A stretch of DNA of 64,000 nt from a virus, in IMG/VR virus record IMGVR_UViG_3300044908_000045, positions 32,001 through 96,000 of that record; one strand, written 5' to 3'. The translations under genes were made by a program, and so were the position numbers. The notes under the pieces were generated by a model. It was not told the DNA's origin. It worked only from the letters and a program-made list of their open reading frames with translations, and made no database searches. Every line of letters starts with the position of its first letter. Position 1 is the stretch's first letter. Of the stretch, positions 27,504 through 37,024 are shown in pieces.

Positions 27504-28595
27504 ATGCCGATCCAGATGCGCAATCACTTGGCGCTGCACTCAAATTTCAAGAGGATACTAGCGCCAGCAGGGTTAGCGGATTCCCAACCCTTTGCCTGGA
27601 AAGTTCCCGACCTCTGCAAAGCCTATGGCTGGCCGACGAACATCGCTGGGGCTGGGGAGATTGCGATTGTCGAGCTTGGCGGAGGATATCTGTCGTCCGA
27701 TACCGACAAGTTCTGCCAGACCTACGGGATGCCGGTTCCAACCATCACGGATATTTCGGTGGATGGCACGGTAAATAGCCCAGGCATCTCCGATGCTGAC
27801 GGCGAGGTCGCGCTCGACATCCAAGTATCGCTGACGGCGTATTCATCTGCTACTGGCAAGCCAGCCAACATTTTTATGTACTGGTCACAGGACATTGCCT
27901 CTGCGGTGACGAAGGCTGCTGACGATGGCCGTGATGTCTGCTCGATAAGTTGGGGGGCGGACGAAAGCGCATGGGGAGACGCAGCACTGGTACAGATGGA
28001 GGCGGCACTGCTCTACGCGACATCTAAGGGGATGGTCGTTCTGGTCGCGAGCGGCGACAACGACGCAGATGACGGCGGGGGCATGACAGGTGTGGACGCG
28101 CCAGCGTCGTGTCCGCACGCTATTGCCTGTGGGGGAACCAATAAATTTCCGAACCAAGTCGAGAGGGTGTGGAACGACAACCCCGGTAACGTAGCCGGCG
28201 AGGGAACTGGGGGCGGGTTTTCGGCTTATTTCCCGGTTCAGGCGTGGCAATTGGGTCGCGCGCAGACGCCCCCCAAGGGGCTGGGCCGCATGGTCTCGGA
28301 TGTGGCGGCGGTTGCCGATCCCGCGACGGGTTATCTCGTTGTCATTGCTGGGCAGGTTGAGATCATCGGCGGGACGAGCGCGGTGGCACCCCTGTATGCG
28401 GGGCTGATCGCTTCCTGTGGGCGCAAGCTCGGCTGGATCACGCCAACGCTGTGGCAGAACCCGAGTTGCTTCGTCAAGGTGCCAGAGGGGAACAACGGAG
28501 TTTATGGCGGACTGGTGTGCTGTGGTCTCGGTCGACCGCGCGCGAGGATGCTCGCAACAGTGCTGGCGGAGGGGCGTCCCGTCATAGCAGTTTAG
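27504..28595 (+). CDS. S53 (sedolisin/kumamolisin-like) peptidase, no prodomain
   Basis: IAIVELGGG, DGEVALDIQ (Glu/Asp), SISWG, ASGDN (oxyanion Asp), GGTSAVAP (Ser). Confidence 0.9.
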   Translation: MPIQMRNHLALHSNFKRILAPAGLADSQPFAWKVPDLCKAYGWPTNIAGAGEIAIVELGGGYLSSDTDKFCQTYGMPVPTITDISVDGTVNSPGISDADGEVALDIQVSLTAYSSATGKPANIFMYWSQDIASAVTKAADDGRDVCSISWGADESAWGDAALVQMEAALLYATSKGMVVLVASGDNDADDGGGMTGVDAPASCPHAIACGGTNKFPNQVERVWNDNPGNVAGEGTGGGFSAYFPVQAWQLGRAQTPPKGLGRMVSDVAAVADPATGYLVVIAGQVEIIGGTSAVAPLYAGLIASCGRKLGWITPTLWQNPSCFVKVPEGNNGVYGGLVCCGLGRPRARMLATVLAEGRPVIAV

Positions 28596-28905
28596 GTTCT
28601 GGCTGGCGCTCTGGTGCCGGCAAGCCTTGGCGGACACCATCTGCGATGTCCTTCGCGAGATCGGCCGCAAATTGCTGGGCTGTGATGTAGACCAGCGGTG
28701 GGCCAGATGTCGCTAGCCGAGCCGCAGCATCAGCGATCCCGGCGCACCGCTCCCGCTCCTCGGCGACTGCGGCCAAGATCGCCTCAGAGAATTCCTGCTG
28801 TTGGAACGGCCCCATCTCCTCGCGCGGATAGCCGTGTTTAATCGCGCCAGCCGCAGCCTCCCTCTGCGCCTGATTTACGCGGCGCAGTGCTTCTGACTTC
28901 GTCAT
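28582..28905 (-). CDS. hypothetical protein (AEERERC family)
   Basis: AAVAEERERCA motif. Confidence 0.55.
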   Translation of the reverse strand: MTKSEALRRVNQAQREAAAGAIKHGYPREEMGPFQQQEFSEAILAAVAEERERCAGIADAAARLATSGPPLVYITAQQFAADLAKDIADGVRQGLPAPERQPEPKLL

Positions 28906-29222
28906 GGCACCTTCTCTGGCTTCGGCTGGAGATCGGGAACCTTGCCAGAAATTATGTCGGCGATGTTTTGTGCCGTATTATAGCTAACGGCCAAATTGGC
29001 GTGGCCCCAACTCTCGGGGTTATAACGACGAGCCACCATCTCGCACCGTTCGCGCTCTTCGGCGACTGCTGCCTGGATAGCCTCTGCGATCGTGTCGGCG
29101 AACATGCCGCGTTCGGCGACTGTGCTGTGGTCCCATGTCGTGTATTTCAGTTCAGCGGAACACTTCGCCTGGTAGCGCTCCACGGCCGCATTAAACGCCG
29201 CATCGGCTTCCTTACGCGTCAT
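28902..29222 (-). CDS. hypothetical protein (AEERERC family)
   Basis: AAVAEERERCE motif; coupled. Confidence 0.55.
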   Translation of the reverse strand: MTRKEADAAFNAAVERYQAKCSAELKYTTWDHSTVAERGMFADTIAEAIQAAVAEERERCEMVARRYNPESWGHANLAVSYNTAQNIADIISGKVPDLQPKPEKVP

Positions 29223-29638
29223 GGCGCATCCTCTTCTAACGGGTCCGGCACCTTGTCGGCGTGTTTCCATCGCAGTCGCGCCGCGATCTCACGAAAGTGC
29301 TGGACAGCGTTCGTGCCACCCTCGTACTCGGCATGATCGACGTGCATGCGGATTCGATCGATGACCGCGTGCGCAGCATCGTAGAGTTCGAGAAAGTCGG
29401 CGACCGGCACGGTGCCCTTCACGGCGCATTCCTCCGGCTCCGGCTGGCGGTCGGGCTCATCTTTGAACCAGCAGAACCGCTCTCGGGGCCAGTGAATATA
29501 TCGGTGGGTACCTGTTGCTTCATCTGTGTATTGCGACACGACCAACACTGAATTGCCGGCCGTCCAGAAGACCGTCTTAACGCGCTCATAGACGACCTGA
29601 ACGGTGCTATCGTCGCGATAAATTGTCAGCGTTCTCAT
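29219..29638 (-). CDS. hypothetical protein
   Basis: GGAGG RBS; coupled. Confidence 0.55.
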   Translation of the reverse strand: MRTLTIYRDDSTVQVVYERVKTVFWTAGNSVLVVSQYTDEATGTHRYIHWPRERFCWFKDEPDRQPEPEECAVKGTVPVADFLELYDAAHAVIDRIRMHVDHAEYEGGTNAVQHFREIAARLRWKHADKVPDPLEEDAP

Positions 29639-29842
29639 GGCGTATCCTCCGGCTCCGGTTGCGCGTCACGCTCAATGCTGTCGAGGCGCGCCCGGACTTC
29701 TTCAGTGACCGGCGAACCACATAGAGCGGCACTGGCGTCTCCAATCCTGGCCCAACTTCACGGTCAAGGCTGTCACCAGCCCACTCGGAACAATTTTTGG
29801 CGATGTAGGCGCAGCGGCGAGCAAAAAGTCGGTAGGTCAGGC

Positions 29843-30037
29843 TCATGACTTGTCATCCGGGTCTGGCCGCCCGCCGCCTTCGGATATCCCAGAGCCGGCG
29901 GTATCGCAGCACGACGCAATCCCGCTGCCCTGGCATTCGGGGCACGGGAGTTCCTGCGTCACAATGAACGAGCCGTCTTCCGACTTGACCCGCACGACAG
30001 GGAACTTGCCTCGACCGAAGCAAAGAGGACAGATCAC
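29843..30037 (-). CDS. small zinc-finger protein
   Basis: CPLCFGRG...CPECQGSG. Confidence 0.6.
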   Translation of the reverse strand: MICPLCFGRGKFPVVRVKSEDGSFIVTQELPCPECQGSGIASCCDTAGSGISEGGGRPDPDDKS

Positions 30038-30300
30038 GGCTGCTTCTTCCGCGCGATCTCGGCGTCGTTAAGGTAATCTACTTCGGCCGAGGTCATGTTG
30101 ACGCGTCTTAGAATCCATTCCGCCTCCCTCATGTTCCGATACCGCGCCGCGTCGCGCATCATGGCGGCGGCGCATTTCATATGAAACGGGCGCGCGGATT
30201 GCTCTGCCGGCAGCATCGTTGGCCATTGACCGGGGTCACCCGCGAGGCTGTTGCAAAACTCTCCGCAGGCGTAACAAGGCTCATTGTGCCCTTCAGCCAT
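30034..30300 (-). CDS. hypothetical protein with RDAAR C-terminal module
   Basis: CYACG...HMKC; RDAARYR. Confidence 0.55.
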   Translation of the reverse strand: MAEGHNEPCYACGEFCNSLAGDPGQWPTMLPAEQSARPFHMKCAAAMMRDAARYRNMREAEWILRRVNMTSAEVDYLNDAEIARKKQP

Positions 30301-30628
30301 TGGGCTTCTCCCGCGCGATCTCGGCGTCGATCGCTTGCCTTATTTCTTTTGGACTCTCGCCGCGCAGACCTATCCGCTGATGCTCAATGAGCCAATTCAA
30401 CCGCGCCGCGTCGCGCAGCAGGTCGTCGATGCGCGCGACTATGCGCCAGCTAGGCGGGAACCATCGATCCAGCCGCCCAGGCAGACACCAATATCCCTCC
30501 TCTTGGAGCCGGAGCGGGAATTCATTGTCGCTGTCGGCTGAGCGTATCCAATACCACCCCGACTCCGGGTTCGCGTCGTCATCCATCGGTTTTGGCGGGG
30601 TGCGCCAACGCTCGCCATCTTCAGTCAT
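30293..30628 (-). CDS. hypothetical protein with RDAAR C-terminal module
   Basis: PESGWYW; RDAARLNWL...IDAEI. Confidence 0.55.
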   Translation of the reverse strand: MTEDGERWRTPPKPMDDDANPESGWYWIRSADSDNEFPLRLQEEGYWCLPGRLDRWFPPSWRIVARIDDLLRDAARLNWLIEHQRIGLRGESPKEIRQAIDAEIAREKPNG

Positions 30629-30851
30629 TTACGGACCTTCTCCCGATATCCACACTTCCTTTATCGGCGATAGGCGGAATCTGGTGGTGCATGACGACGC
30701 CGATGATGGCGCATGCCGATGCGCAAAGCAGCGAAAACGGCACAAGGACGTTTAGCCCTACCAAGTAGTCGAAGACGGCGAACGCCACGGAGCCGACAGC
30801 GCACACCGCCATGAGATCGCGGTCGCGCCGGGGATTCTTCGATTTGAACAT
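30621..30851 (-). CDS. small membrane protein
   Basis: two hydrophobic segments; GGAGG RBS. Confidence 0.5.
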   Translation of the reverse strand: MFKSKNPRRDRDLMAVCAVGSVAFAVFDYLVGLNVLVPFSLLCASACAIIGVVMHHQIPPIADKGSVDIGRRSVND

Positions 30852-30852
30852 C

Positions 30853-31221
30853 TCACTCGTCCTCCTGGGTTTTGAGAGCATCACGCATCGCTTGGTCTGG
30901 GCTGCGGGCGACAAAGGCGGCGGCGATGGCGAACAGATCAATGTGGTACAGGCGCTCGAATGCGGGCTGGCCCACCTCATGTTGTTGGGTGTGGTGAGCT
31001 ACGCAGAGGGCAATTGAATCCCAGTCGGCTGGCTTTATTCCAGTTCCAGAGTTTGCGGCACTCCGCACATGCGCGACCTGTATGGGCAGGCCCGGACAAT
31101 TTGGCACGCAGCACTGGTGCGCCCGCACAAATTTCCTATGCCGAGGCCATTCGCGCGCGACTGCGCGCTCGATGCCTGATCGCGGGCGCACCCGCCTGGG
31201 CGGGAGCCGAGTGTAACTCAC
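30853..31221 (-). CDS. DUF968-like putative HNHc nuclease
   Basis: HRKFVR...CCVPNC...AHVR...G.G.KP.D...LC..HH.QQH. Confidence 0.8.
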   Translation of the reverse strand: MSYTRLPPRRVRPRSGIERAVAREWPRHRKFVRAHQCCVPNCPGLPIQVAHVRSAANSGTGIKPADWDSIALCVAHHTQQHEVGQPAFERLYHIDLFAIAAAFVARSPDQAMRDALKTQEDE

Positions 31222-32378
31222 CCCTTTCCCTCCAGTTTTCGCATTCTTGCGGTGAAGGCGTCGTGCCAGCGCTGATACGCCACGTCGTCTGAAATTGCTT
31301 GGATTACGCGCCCGTTCTTGCGCGCGAACGCGTTGCATCCCGCCAAGGTTTGCAGCTTCTCGTTAGCCTCGATCAGATCGGTGACGGTTGCGCTCCAATT
31401 CACTGCGCCCGCCAGATCAAGGCGCAGCGGGATTTCGGGAATCTCGACTTCACCAATATCTGGCGGCGTACCCGAACTCTTCGAAGGGTCTCCGATCGAA
31501 GTAGAGACGCCGTCGGAGTTCGCTAAAGGGTCGGGCAGCCCCTCTCGTCTGGCAGCCGGCGAGGACGACGAGGGTATGTCACCCTCGTCGTCCTGCGGCG
31601 CCTCACGCTCGGATGGGGGGTCGAGCGGAGCTGGGGGATCAGGGAGAATTGGGACGGGCATCGGTAGTGCGGGCGTGTCGTCGAGGAACGACGTGTCGGT
31701 CTTCACCGGCTCAGGCGGCATGTCCTCGACCAACTCGCGGATCGCCAACCCCATCAGGTCGTCGGCAAACCCATCGCTCGCGGGACGATGAAATGCACGC
31801 CACTTTAGCATCCTTTTGGGGTGTTGGGTCCACGGTTGGCGATGCGGGTCCATCCACAGCCGGGCGCGTTTGGCGTCGCCGACCGTGAACTCGCCAACAT
31901 AAGGCTCGTCTTGGTCTTTGCGTTTCATCGTGACGCGGACACCAAATCCATCACTGAACTTGCCGGTTTCGGTCGCCGCATCAGGTCGGGGGCCGATCTC
32001 CTCGATCTTCATCCATTCCAGGTGCCCCTTGTTTTGGATCAGGGCGCTGATCCCGTCTCCAAACACACAGGGAATATTGTTAATTATGCCTATGGTTGAG
32101 AGCGCGGTTAGCGGCGGCAGACCAACCTCGGAGCCCTTCTGAATGCCCATTACGACACGGGCGACTTGGACCTCTTTGGGGTACGGCCCGCCTCTGTTCT
32201 TGGTGTAGCTGTCAGGAGCGATTCCCGACAGCAGCACCGCTTCGGCAAACCGCCAAATCTCCTCGATGGTGCGCGGGATGATTGGCGTCGGGTTTCCGCC
32301 AGCGACCAACTCAGCCCGGCGCACGCGATCAATTGCGCGATCGACAGCAATCTCGGTTGAGAGAGGGGCATCGTTCAT
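31218..32378 (-). CDS. RecT-like single-strand annealing recombinase
   Basis: GSEVGLPP..AL..I, FTVGDAKRARLW...PW..HPKRML.WRA...FAD.L.G; near RecE-like gene. Confidence 0.75.
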   Translation of the reverse strand: MNDAPLSTEIAVDRAIDRVRRAELVAGGNPTPIIPRTIEEIWRFAEAVLLSGIAPDSYTKNRGGPYPKEVQVARVVMGIQKGSEVGLPPLTALSTIGIINNIPCVFGDGISALIQNKGHLEWMKIEEIGPRPDAATETGKFSDGFGVRVTMKRKDQDEPYVGEFTVGDAKRARLWMDPHRQPWTQHPKRMLKWRAFHRPASDGFADDLMGLAIRELVEDMPPEPVKTDTSFLDDTPALPMPVPILPDPPAPLDPPSEREAPQDDEGDIPSSSSPAARREGLPDPLANSDGVSTSIGDPSKSSGTPPDIGEVEIPEIPLRLDLAGAVNWSATVTDLIEANEKLQTLAGCNAFARKNGRVIQAISDDVAYQRWHDAFTARMRKLEGKG

Positions 32379-32692
32379 CGCCGCACCCGGTTGCGAGGGC
32401 GCAGGTGTATGCCGCGTTCCTCTAACGCCTCACACCCAATCTCTCCTATGGCGTGCACCACCAGGGGGAGTCCAAACGCCACAGCCGCAACCGCCATGGC
32501 TCCAAGGATCACGAGCAGCGGCACAAATAACATGCCTATAGGCCATGGAAATTCGCTCCAACCTCCAGAAACTTTCTGGAGTTCCAGCGCCGCAAAATAA
32601 TCCGCCACCACCGGGATTGTGATCAAAGCTACTCCTACCACAGTTTCTGTTATCTCGCGGCGGGGCTCGCGGAAGATGTTGGATAGAGCCAT
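32375..32692 (-). CDS. membrane protein
   Basis: 2-3 hydrophobic helices. Confidence 0.55.
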   Translation of the reverse strand: MALSNIFREPRREITETVVGVALITIPVVADYFAALELQKVSGGWSEFPWPIGMLFVPLLVILGAMAVAAVAFGLPLVVHAIGEIGCEALEERGIHLRPRNRVRR

Positions 32693-32719
32693 CAGTCGTC
32701 TCCCTCTGGAAGGTTGAGT

Positions 32720-33799
32720 TTAGTACGCCCTGTAAATGAAGTCTTCGTCAGCGAACGTTTCGATCTCGGATAAATCGACCCATGGCGCCTCGCCAAAAAC
32801 CCGCCAATTTCGCGCCCAAATATGCTTGGCATCTTCGACCTCAGCCTTGGCGACTTCCATGTACGTCAAGTGCCGATGCGCCACGAATCCTTTCGCAACC
32901 GGCGCTGGTCCTTTCGCACTGAAAACGAACATAAAGGTTGGTTCGGCGGCAACACTTTGCAGAAAGGCGGGGCTGACATCGCCGTAGACCAGGCCCGCGT
33001 CAATTAGGGTGCGCGCTTCTCTGGCGGCGTCGAGATAGACACACGCCTGGGTAAAATAACGGTACCGGAGCATCGCTTGGGCTATGGCTGTCTTTAGGGG
33101 CAACCCACGACTGTCAAACGATTTCAGATCCGCAATCGCGTTGGTTTTCCAATAGTCCAAGCGCGCCTTCATCGGAACCCCAGTCTCAGGATCGCGCCAG
33201 AAAACCGACACCTCGCTATACCCACCCTTGAAGGCTTTGCCCAACTGCGGATGAGCCTCGATCATGTGCGCCGCCATCTCGATCTTGCGCACCGTTTTGG
33301 CCGAGAGAAACTCCTTGCCCGCATGGCGGCGCTCATGCGTTTGGAGCAACGATTCCCAGACTTGCGCCTCGGGATCGTAGCCAAGCAGCATCTCAATCAA
33401 CTCGTCCTTGCGCTTGCCAGAGAACCCCTTTATCGGGCCGCCAGCAGCGACGATCGCCGCCGCGATGTCCTTGTTGGTTTTGAGCGCATCCGGGAAGTCG
33501 CGATCGTCGAGCTTGGCGGCATACCGAGCGTAGAACGTATCCCGACCCTCCAATATGCGGGAGTGATACGCAGATCCAATTATTTTGGCCTCGCTGTCCT
33601 CTTCGTCATCGGGGTCGTCGTTGAGCGGACTGCGAGACCACCAATCTAGCGGGCTGACCCGCAGCCACTTGATTCCCGAAGCGCTCAAAGCGAGAGCCTG
33701 ATGGTAACGAGACTCATCTAGCCCGAAGAAAACCCCCGAAGGGTGCACCAACGGGTGCACCACTTCGATCGGCTGGTCGTCAAGCGGGACTGCGCTCAT
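32720..33799 (-). CDS. RecE/ExoVIII-like PD-(D/E)XK exonuclease (DUF3799-like)
   Basis: YH...LSASGIK, GSAYH..ILE, EVSVFW.D...KARLD...IADLKS, Y..Q...Y. Confidence 0.85.
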   Translation of the reverse strand: MSAVPLDDQPIEVVHPLVHPSGVFFGLDESRYHQALALSASGIKWLRVSPLDWWSRSPLNDDPDDEEDSEAKIIGSAYHSRILEGRDTFYARYAAKLDDRDFPDALKTNKDIAAAIVAAGGPIKGFSGKRKDELIEMLLGYDPEAQVWESLLQTHERRHAGKEFLSAKTVRKIEMAAHMIEAHPQLGKAFKGGYSEVSVFWRDPETGVPMKARLDYWKTNAIADLKSFDSRGLPLKTAIAQAMLRYRYFTQACVYLDAAREARTLIDAGLVYGDVSPAFLQSVAAEPTFMFVFSAKGPAPVAKGFVAHRHLTYMEVAKAEVEDAKHIWARNWRVFGEAPWVDLSEIETFADEDFIYRAY

Positions 33800-34193
33800 C
33801 TACCTTGGACTCGATGAATTGGATTTGCGGAACCTGCTCTGCCTCGCGGTAGGCAATCGCTTGGTCGAACTTCCGCAAGACCCCCCGTTTGGTGCGCCAC
33901 CAGCGGTTGTTGTACGTGGGCACTTTCCTTACGGTTCTGCCAACCGCCGCGCCGAGATCGCAGATCGCCTCCATTATCGCGCTCTCCTCAGCAACATGAC
34001 AACAAATCCAGGGGCTCTCGGTTTCTAACCCAGCCGCAGCACACACCACACCGATCATGCAATAGCTCACGGCACGCGGATCGGTGGGCTTGCACGGCAG
34101 GCCGTTGGCTCTCCTTGCGTAGGCTCTCTTGCACAGATCGGCCTCAGCGAGGATTACCCGCGCATCACGCAGGATTTGCAGCGCCTCGTCCAT
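33780..34193 (-). CDS. DUF6197-like protein
   Basis: ILRDAR...YCMIG...YN...RTK..V...FDQAI; paralog at 61357. Confidence 0.6.
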   Translation of the reverse strand: MDEALQILRDARVILAEADLCKRAYARRANGLPCKPTDPRAVSYCMIGVVCAAAGLETESPWICCHVAEESAIMEAICDLGAAVGRTVRKVPTYNNRWWRTKRGVLRKFDQAIAYREAEQVPQIQFIESKVDERSPA

Positions 34194-34211
34194 TTGATCA
34201 CCTCCTCTCTG

Positions 34212-35885
34212 TTAGTTGAACCGACCCTCGATTCGACCCAGTCGCTTGTTGACCTCGACGAGAACCTCGACCAAGCGATTGACCTTGGTGTTGACCGAGG
34301 GGACCAGGGCGTCGGGCACATCGTCGCGCCCGACTGCGGCTTGGATAAATCCAGCGTTGCTCTGAATGTGTCGCGTCCGACCTGCGGTGTCGTTAACTAG
34401 GCGCTCGACCGCGTCGGGGTTTTTGAATCCGTCCGCTCCGTTGCCGTTATGCAGGATGGCTTGAAAGCTCTCAACGAACTTTTCGGCGTCGGATTTGTCA
34501 CCGAGGTTCCGATTGAGCAGACCCAACTGGAATCCCATGCTCTCGGCCGAGATAAACAGGTCGTGGTCGCTCAATTGGTCCGCGTCACGCCCGACCATCG
34601 ACAGGGTGGCGCGCGACACGCACTCCCGGATCGAAGATGGGATTTGCCCGGCAAGCGCTTCGCCGGCTTTGGGCAACGGCAAATCCTGCGGGATCAGGTC
34701 GCGGGCGTAGAACCGCAGTAGGCGCTCGACGGTTGGGGCGTCGGGGGCTTTGAGCGAGATGATCGCATCGAGACGGCCGGGGCGCAGCATCGCTTGGTGG
34801 ATTTCGTCAACGTGATTAGTTGACAGCAGCACCATGACCTCGTCGTCCTTGCCGACAACGCCGGAGATCGTGTTGATCAGATCGTTGGCGTCTTCGTCTC
34901 GCTCTTCGGTGATGCGGTCGATATCCTCGGCAAACACAACGCACGGCATGTAGCGCCGCGCGAGGTGCAGCGCGGCGGTCAAACCCTGGACCTTGTCGAG
35001 CAAAATATAGGTCCACTCGCCATGCCGCTGTGCGACGTTGGCTACCATGCGCGCGGTCAAGGACTTGCCGGTGCCGAAGCGGCCTTCGAGCAGAACTTTG
35101 CGCCCAAGCGGGATTTTACGCTGGCGGCACGCCTCGGATTTCAGCAATGGCACCAGCAGATTGACCGTGATCTGATCGGTCGTCACGTCATCGAACAAAA
35201 CCGCCGCCTCGGTGGTGTCCTCGACGTTTAGGAAGTCGGGTCCCTCGGCCAGCATTAGTTGGCCGTTGTCATCGACTTGGATGCTGATCGCCTTGCCGCG
35301 ATAGATTGATTCCTCGCGGACGATGCGGCGGGTTTCCTCGGCGATCCGCAGGATGATCTCGCGATCCTTCTTGGCCACCGTGCCCATGATGACCATACCG
35401 GGATGACCCTTGTTGTTGAAACTGAACCCGGTGGTGATCTGCTTTTCGACGCCGGGCAACTTGAAGTTCCCCATCGCGACTTGGACGAACTCGCCTGGCC
35501 GATACCCAGTTTTGATCGTCAGCATCTGCGGGTCGGAATACCAAGTGCTGACCGGCGACGACAGCCCGTAAAGGTTGCGGCACGCTTTGGTGAACGCCAC
35601 CGCAGCGTCGTGCGGGAAAGCGTCGATCCACTCGAATACCTTGAAATCCTGGTCTTCGTCCTTGATGATGCGGTCGAGGGTTTCGCGCGCGACCGTTAGC
35701 GGCATACGCGCCGGATCGGCTGGCAATTGGATGCGGCGACCGCCATCGGGCCAGTCCACCGGAACGTCAATCTTGCTCCAATTGGGCTGCTTTTTGCCGG
35801 ATAGCCGTTCGGCCAATTCCAGCATGACATCGGCCAGCGCGGCATTTTCCAGCACTGGGGTTTCGGCAACTACTAACTTAGCCAT
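34212..35885 (-). CDS. AAA+ ATPase
   Basis: Walker A GRFGTGKS, Walker B VVFAEDID, SRH STNH...AMLRPGRLD; ATG 35885 with AGAGAGGGG RBS. Confidence 0.9.
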   Translation of the reverse strand: MAKLVVAETPVLENAALADVMLELAERLSGKKQPNWSKIDVPVDWPDGGRRIQLPADPARMPLTVARETLDRIIKDEDQDFKVFEWIDAFPHDAAVAFTKACRNLYGLSSPVSTWYSDPQMLTIKTGYRPGEFVQVAMGNFKLPGVEKQITTGFSFNNKGHPGMVIMGTVAKKDREIILRIAEETRRIVREESIYRGKAISIQVDDNGQLMLAEGPDFLNVEDTTEAAVLFDDVTTDQITVNLLVPLLKSEACRQRKIPLGRKVLLEGRFGTGKSLTARMVANVAQRHGEWTYILLDKVQGLTAALHLARRYMPCVVFAEDIDRITEERDEDANDLINTISGVVGKDDEVMVLLSTNHVDEIHQAMLRPGRLDAIISLKAPDAPTVERLLRFYARDLIPQDLPLPKAGEALAGQIPSSIRECVSRATLSMVGRDADQLSDHDLFISAESMGFQLGLLNRNLGDKSDAEKFVESFQAILHNGNGADGFKNPDAVERLVNDTAGRTRHIQSNAGFIQAAVGRDDVPDALVPSVNTKVNRLVEVLVEVNKRLGRIEGRFN

Positions 35886-35916
35886 GTCGTCCCCTCTCTT
35901 AGGTTGATAGTGAAAA

Positions 35917-36315
35917 TTATTCTTCGGCGTTGGGTGCGGGCTCGAAACGCGTCGAATCAACATGGAAGACGACGAAGTCGCCGTCCTTGTCCCACTGCCC
36001 GATTCGCATGTCCATGTGGTGCCGATAATACGGCGAACCTGAGTCACCGTTCCTTCCCGCATTGTCAATGACTGCCTTGGGCAGGATTTCGACGACGATC
36101 GAGAGCCCGTTGTCTCCGGCATCGCGGTAGAGGCGGCAGGCGGGCTTTTGCCGCACGATCATGCCGACGGCGAACGTGTTGACGGTCTGCAGAGAGCGCA
36201 GCGCACAGCGGAGGTTCTCGATCTCGCCTTCCCGCGAGATTTTCTGTCTCGCGGGCGGCTCATCGTCGTCAGCCTCGGCGCTGGCTCTCATCATTTGGAT
36301 GAGTGGGTGGGTCAT
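35917..36315 (-). CDS. hypothetical protein upstream of AAA ATPase
   Basis: AAGGGG RBS; first gene of leftward operon. Confidence 0.6.
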   Translation of the reverse strand: MTHPLIQMMRASAEADDDEPPARQKISREGEIENLRCALRSLQTVNTFAVGMIVRQKPACRLYRDAGDNGLSIVVEILPKAVIDNAGRNGDSGSPYYRHHMDMRIGQWDKDGDFVVFHVDSTRFEPAPNAEE

Positions 36316-36339
36316 TTCCGTCCCCTTTGAGTGATGGTA

Positions 36340-36372
36340 GGTGATGTTGGCATAACCAACGGCGTGTGTCTA
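36340..36372 (-). promoter_or_regulatory. PL-like promoter with operator GTTGGCATAACCAAC (36346-36360)
   Basis: minus strand TAGACA-17bp-CAACAT; perfect 5-5-5 palindrome. Confidence 0.6.
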
Positions 36373-36423
36373 GCGGAATTTTGTCGGCGTCCCCAACGGC
36401 CCTGGCGCGGCATAGTGTCGCAT

Positions 36424-36762
36424 CTACTCGGCGGCGACCGCCGGTCCGACGCGGGCGCGGATCAGCGCCAGATGCGCCTTGGCCTCGGTCGCGGGAAGCC
36501 GTCGGTAACACAGAAGCAAGGCGGTTTCGTCTTCGGTTGCGGGGTGATTTCCGTTGCCGTTACCAATCAGCTGATCGGTTGATACTTGGAAAAGCTCGGC
36601 CAATGCTGAGAGCGCCTCGCGACCGGGCAGCATGTGATCGTTTTCCCACCCCGCATAGGTGCTGCGCTTGCGCCCGATCGCGGCAGCGACGCGGGCTTGC
36701 GTCCAACCAACGTGCAACCGTAGCTGAGAGAGGGTTTCGCCGAGATGTCGGGGGGTGTTCAT
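36424..36762 (-). CDS. CI-like XRE-family HTH repressor
   Basis: LRLHVGWTQARVAAAIG..RSTYAGWE...P...L..LA.LFQVS.D.L; divergent from Cro-like gene. Confidence 0.85.
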   Translation of the reverse strand: MNTPRHLGETLSQLRLHVGWTQARVAAAIGRKRSTYAGWENDHMLPGREALSALAELFQVSTDQLIGNGNGNHPATEDETALLLCYRRLPATEAKAHLALIRARVGPAVAAE

Positions 36763-36784
36763 TATGAACCTATGTAAAAAATCC

Positions 36785-36813
36785 TTGCACGCCGCCGTTG
36801 GAAATGCCAACGA
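36785..36813 (+). promoter_or_regulatory. PR-like promoter with operator CGTTGGAAATGCCAACG (36796-36812)
   Basis: TTGCAC -35; perfect 6-5-6 palindrome; shares CGCCGTTGGnnATGCCAAC with the PL site. Confidence 0.65.
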
Positions 36814-36820
36814 TAGGGTC

Positions 36821-37024
36821 ATGGATGTCGAGCAGGTTATCGCCGCTGCGGGCGGCACGATCGCGCTAGCGGAGGCGGCGGGGGTAGACCGCACCACCGT
36901 TCTCTACTGGCGCTCACGCGGGCGCATTCCGGTCGAACGGGCGTTGCGGATCAACGAGGAATTGGGGATACCGCTGCATGAGATGCGCCCCGATGTGTGG
37001 AAGCCGTTCGCGGCTGTGGGCTGA
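36821..37024 (+). CDS. Cro/YdaS-like HTH regulator
   Basis: IAAAGG..ALA...GV.R..V..W...IP.ER...I....GIP.HEMRPDVW. Confidence 0.85.
   Translation: MDVEQVIAAAGGTIALAEAAGVDRTTVLYWRSRGRIPVERALRINEELGIPLHEMRPDVWKPFAAVG

Noticed and set aside
35886-36122. N-terminal extension of the AAA ATPase in the ORF track
   Set aside because: Overlaps gene 35917..36315; a good RBS precedes ATG 35885
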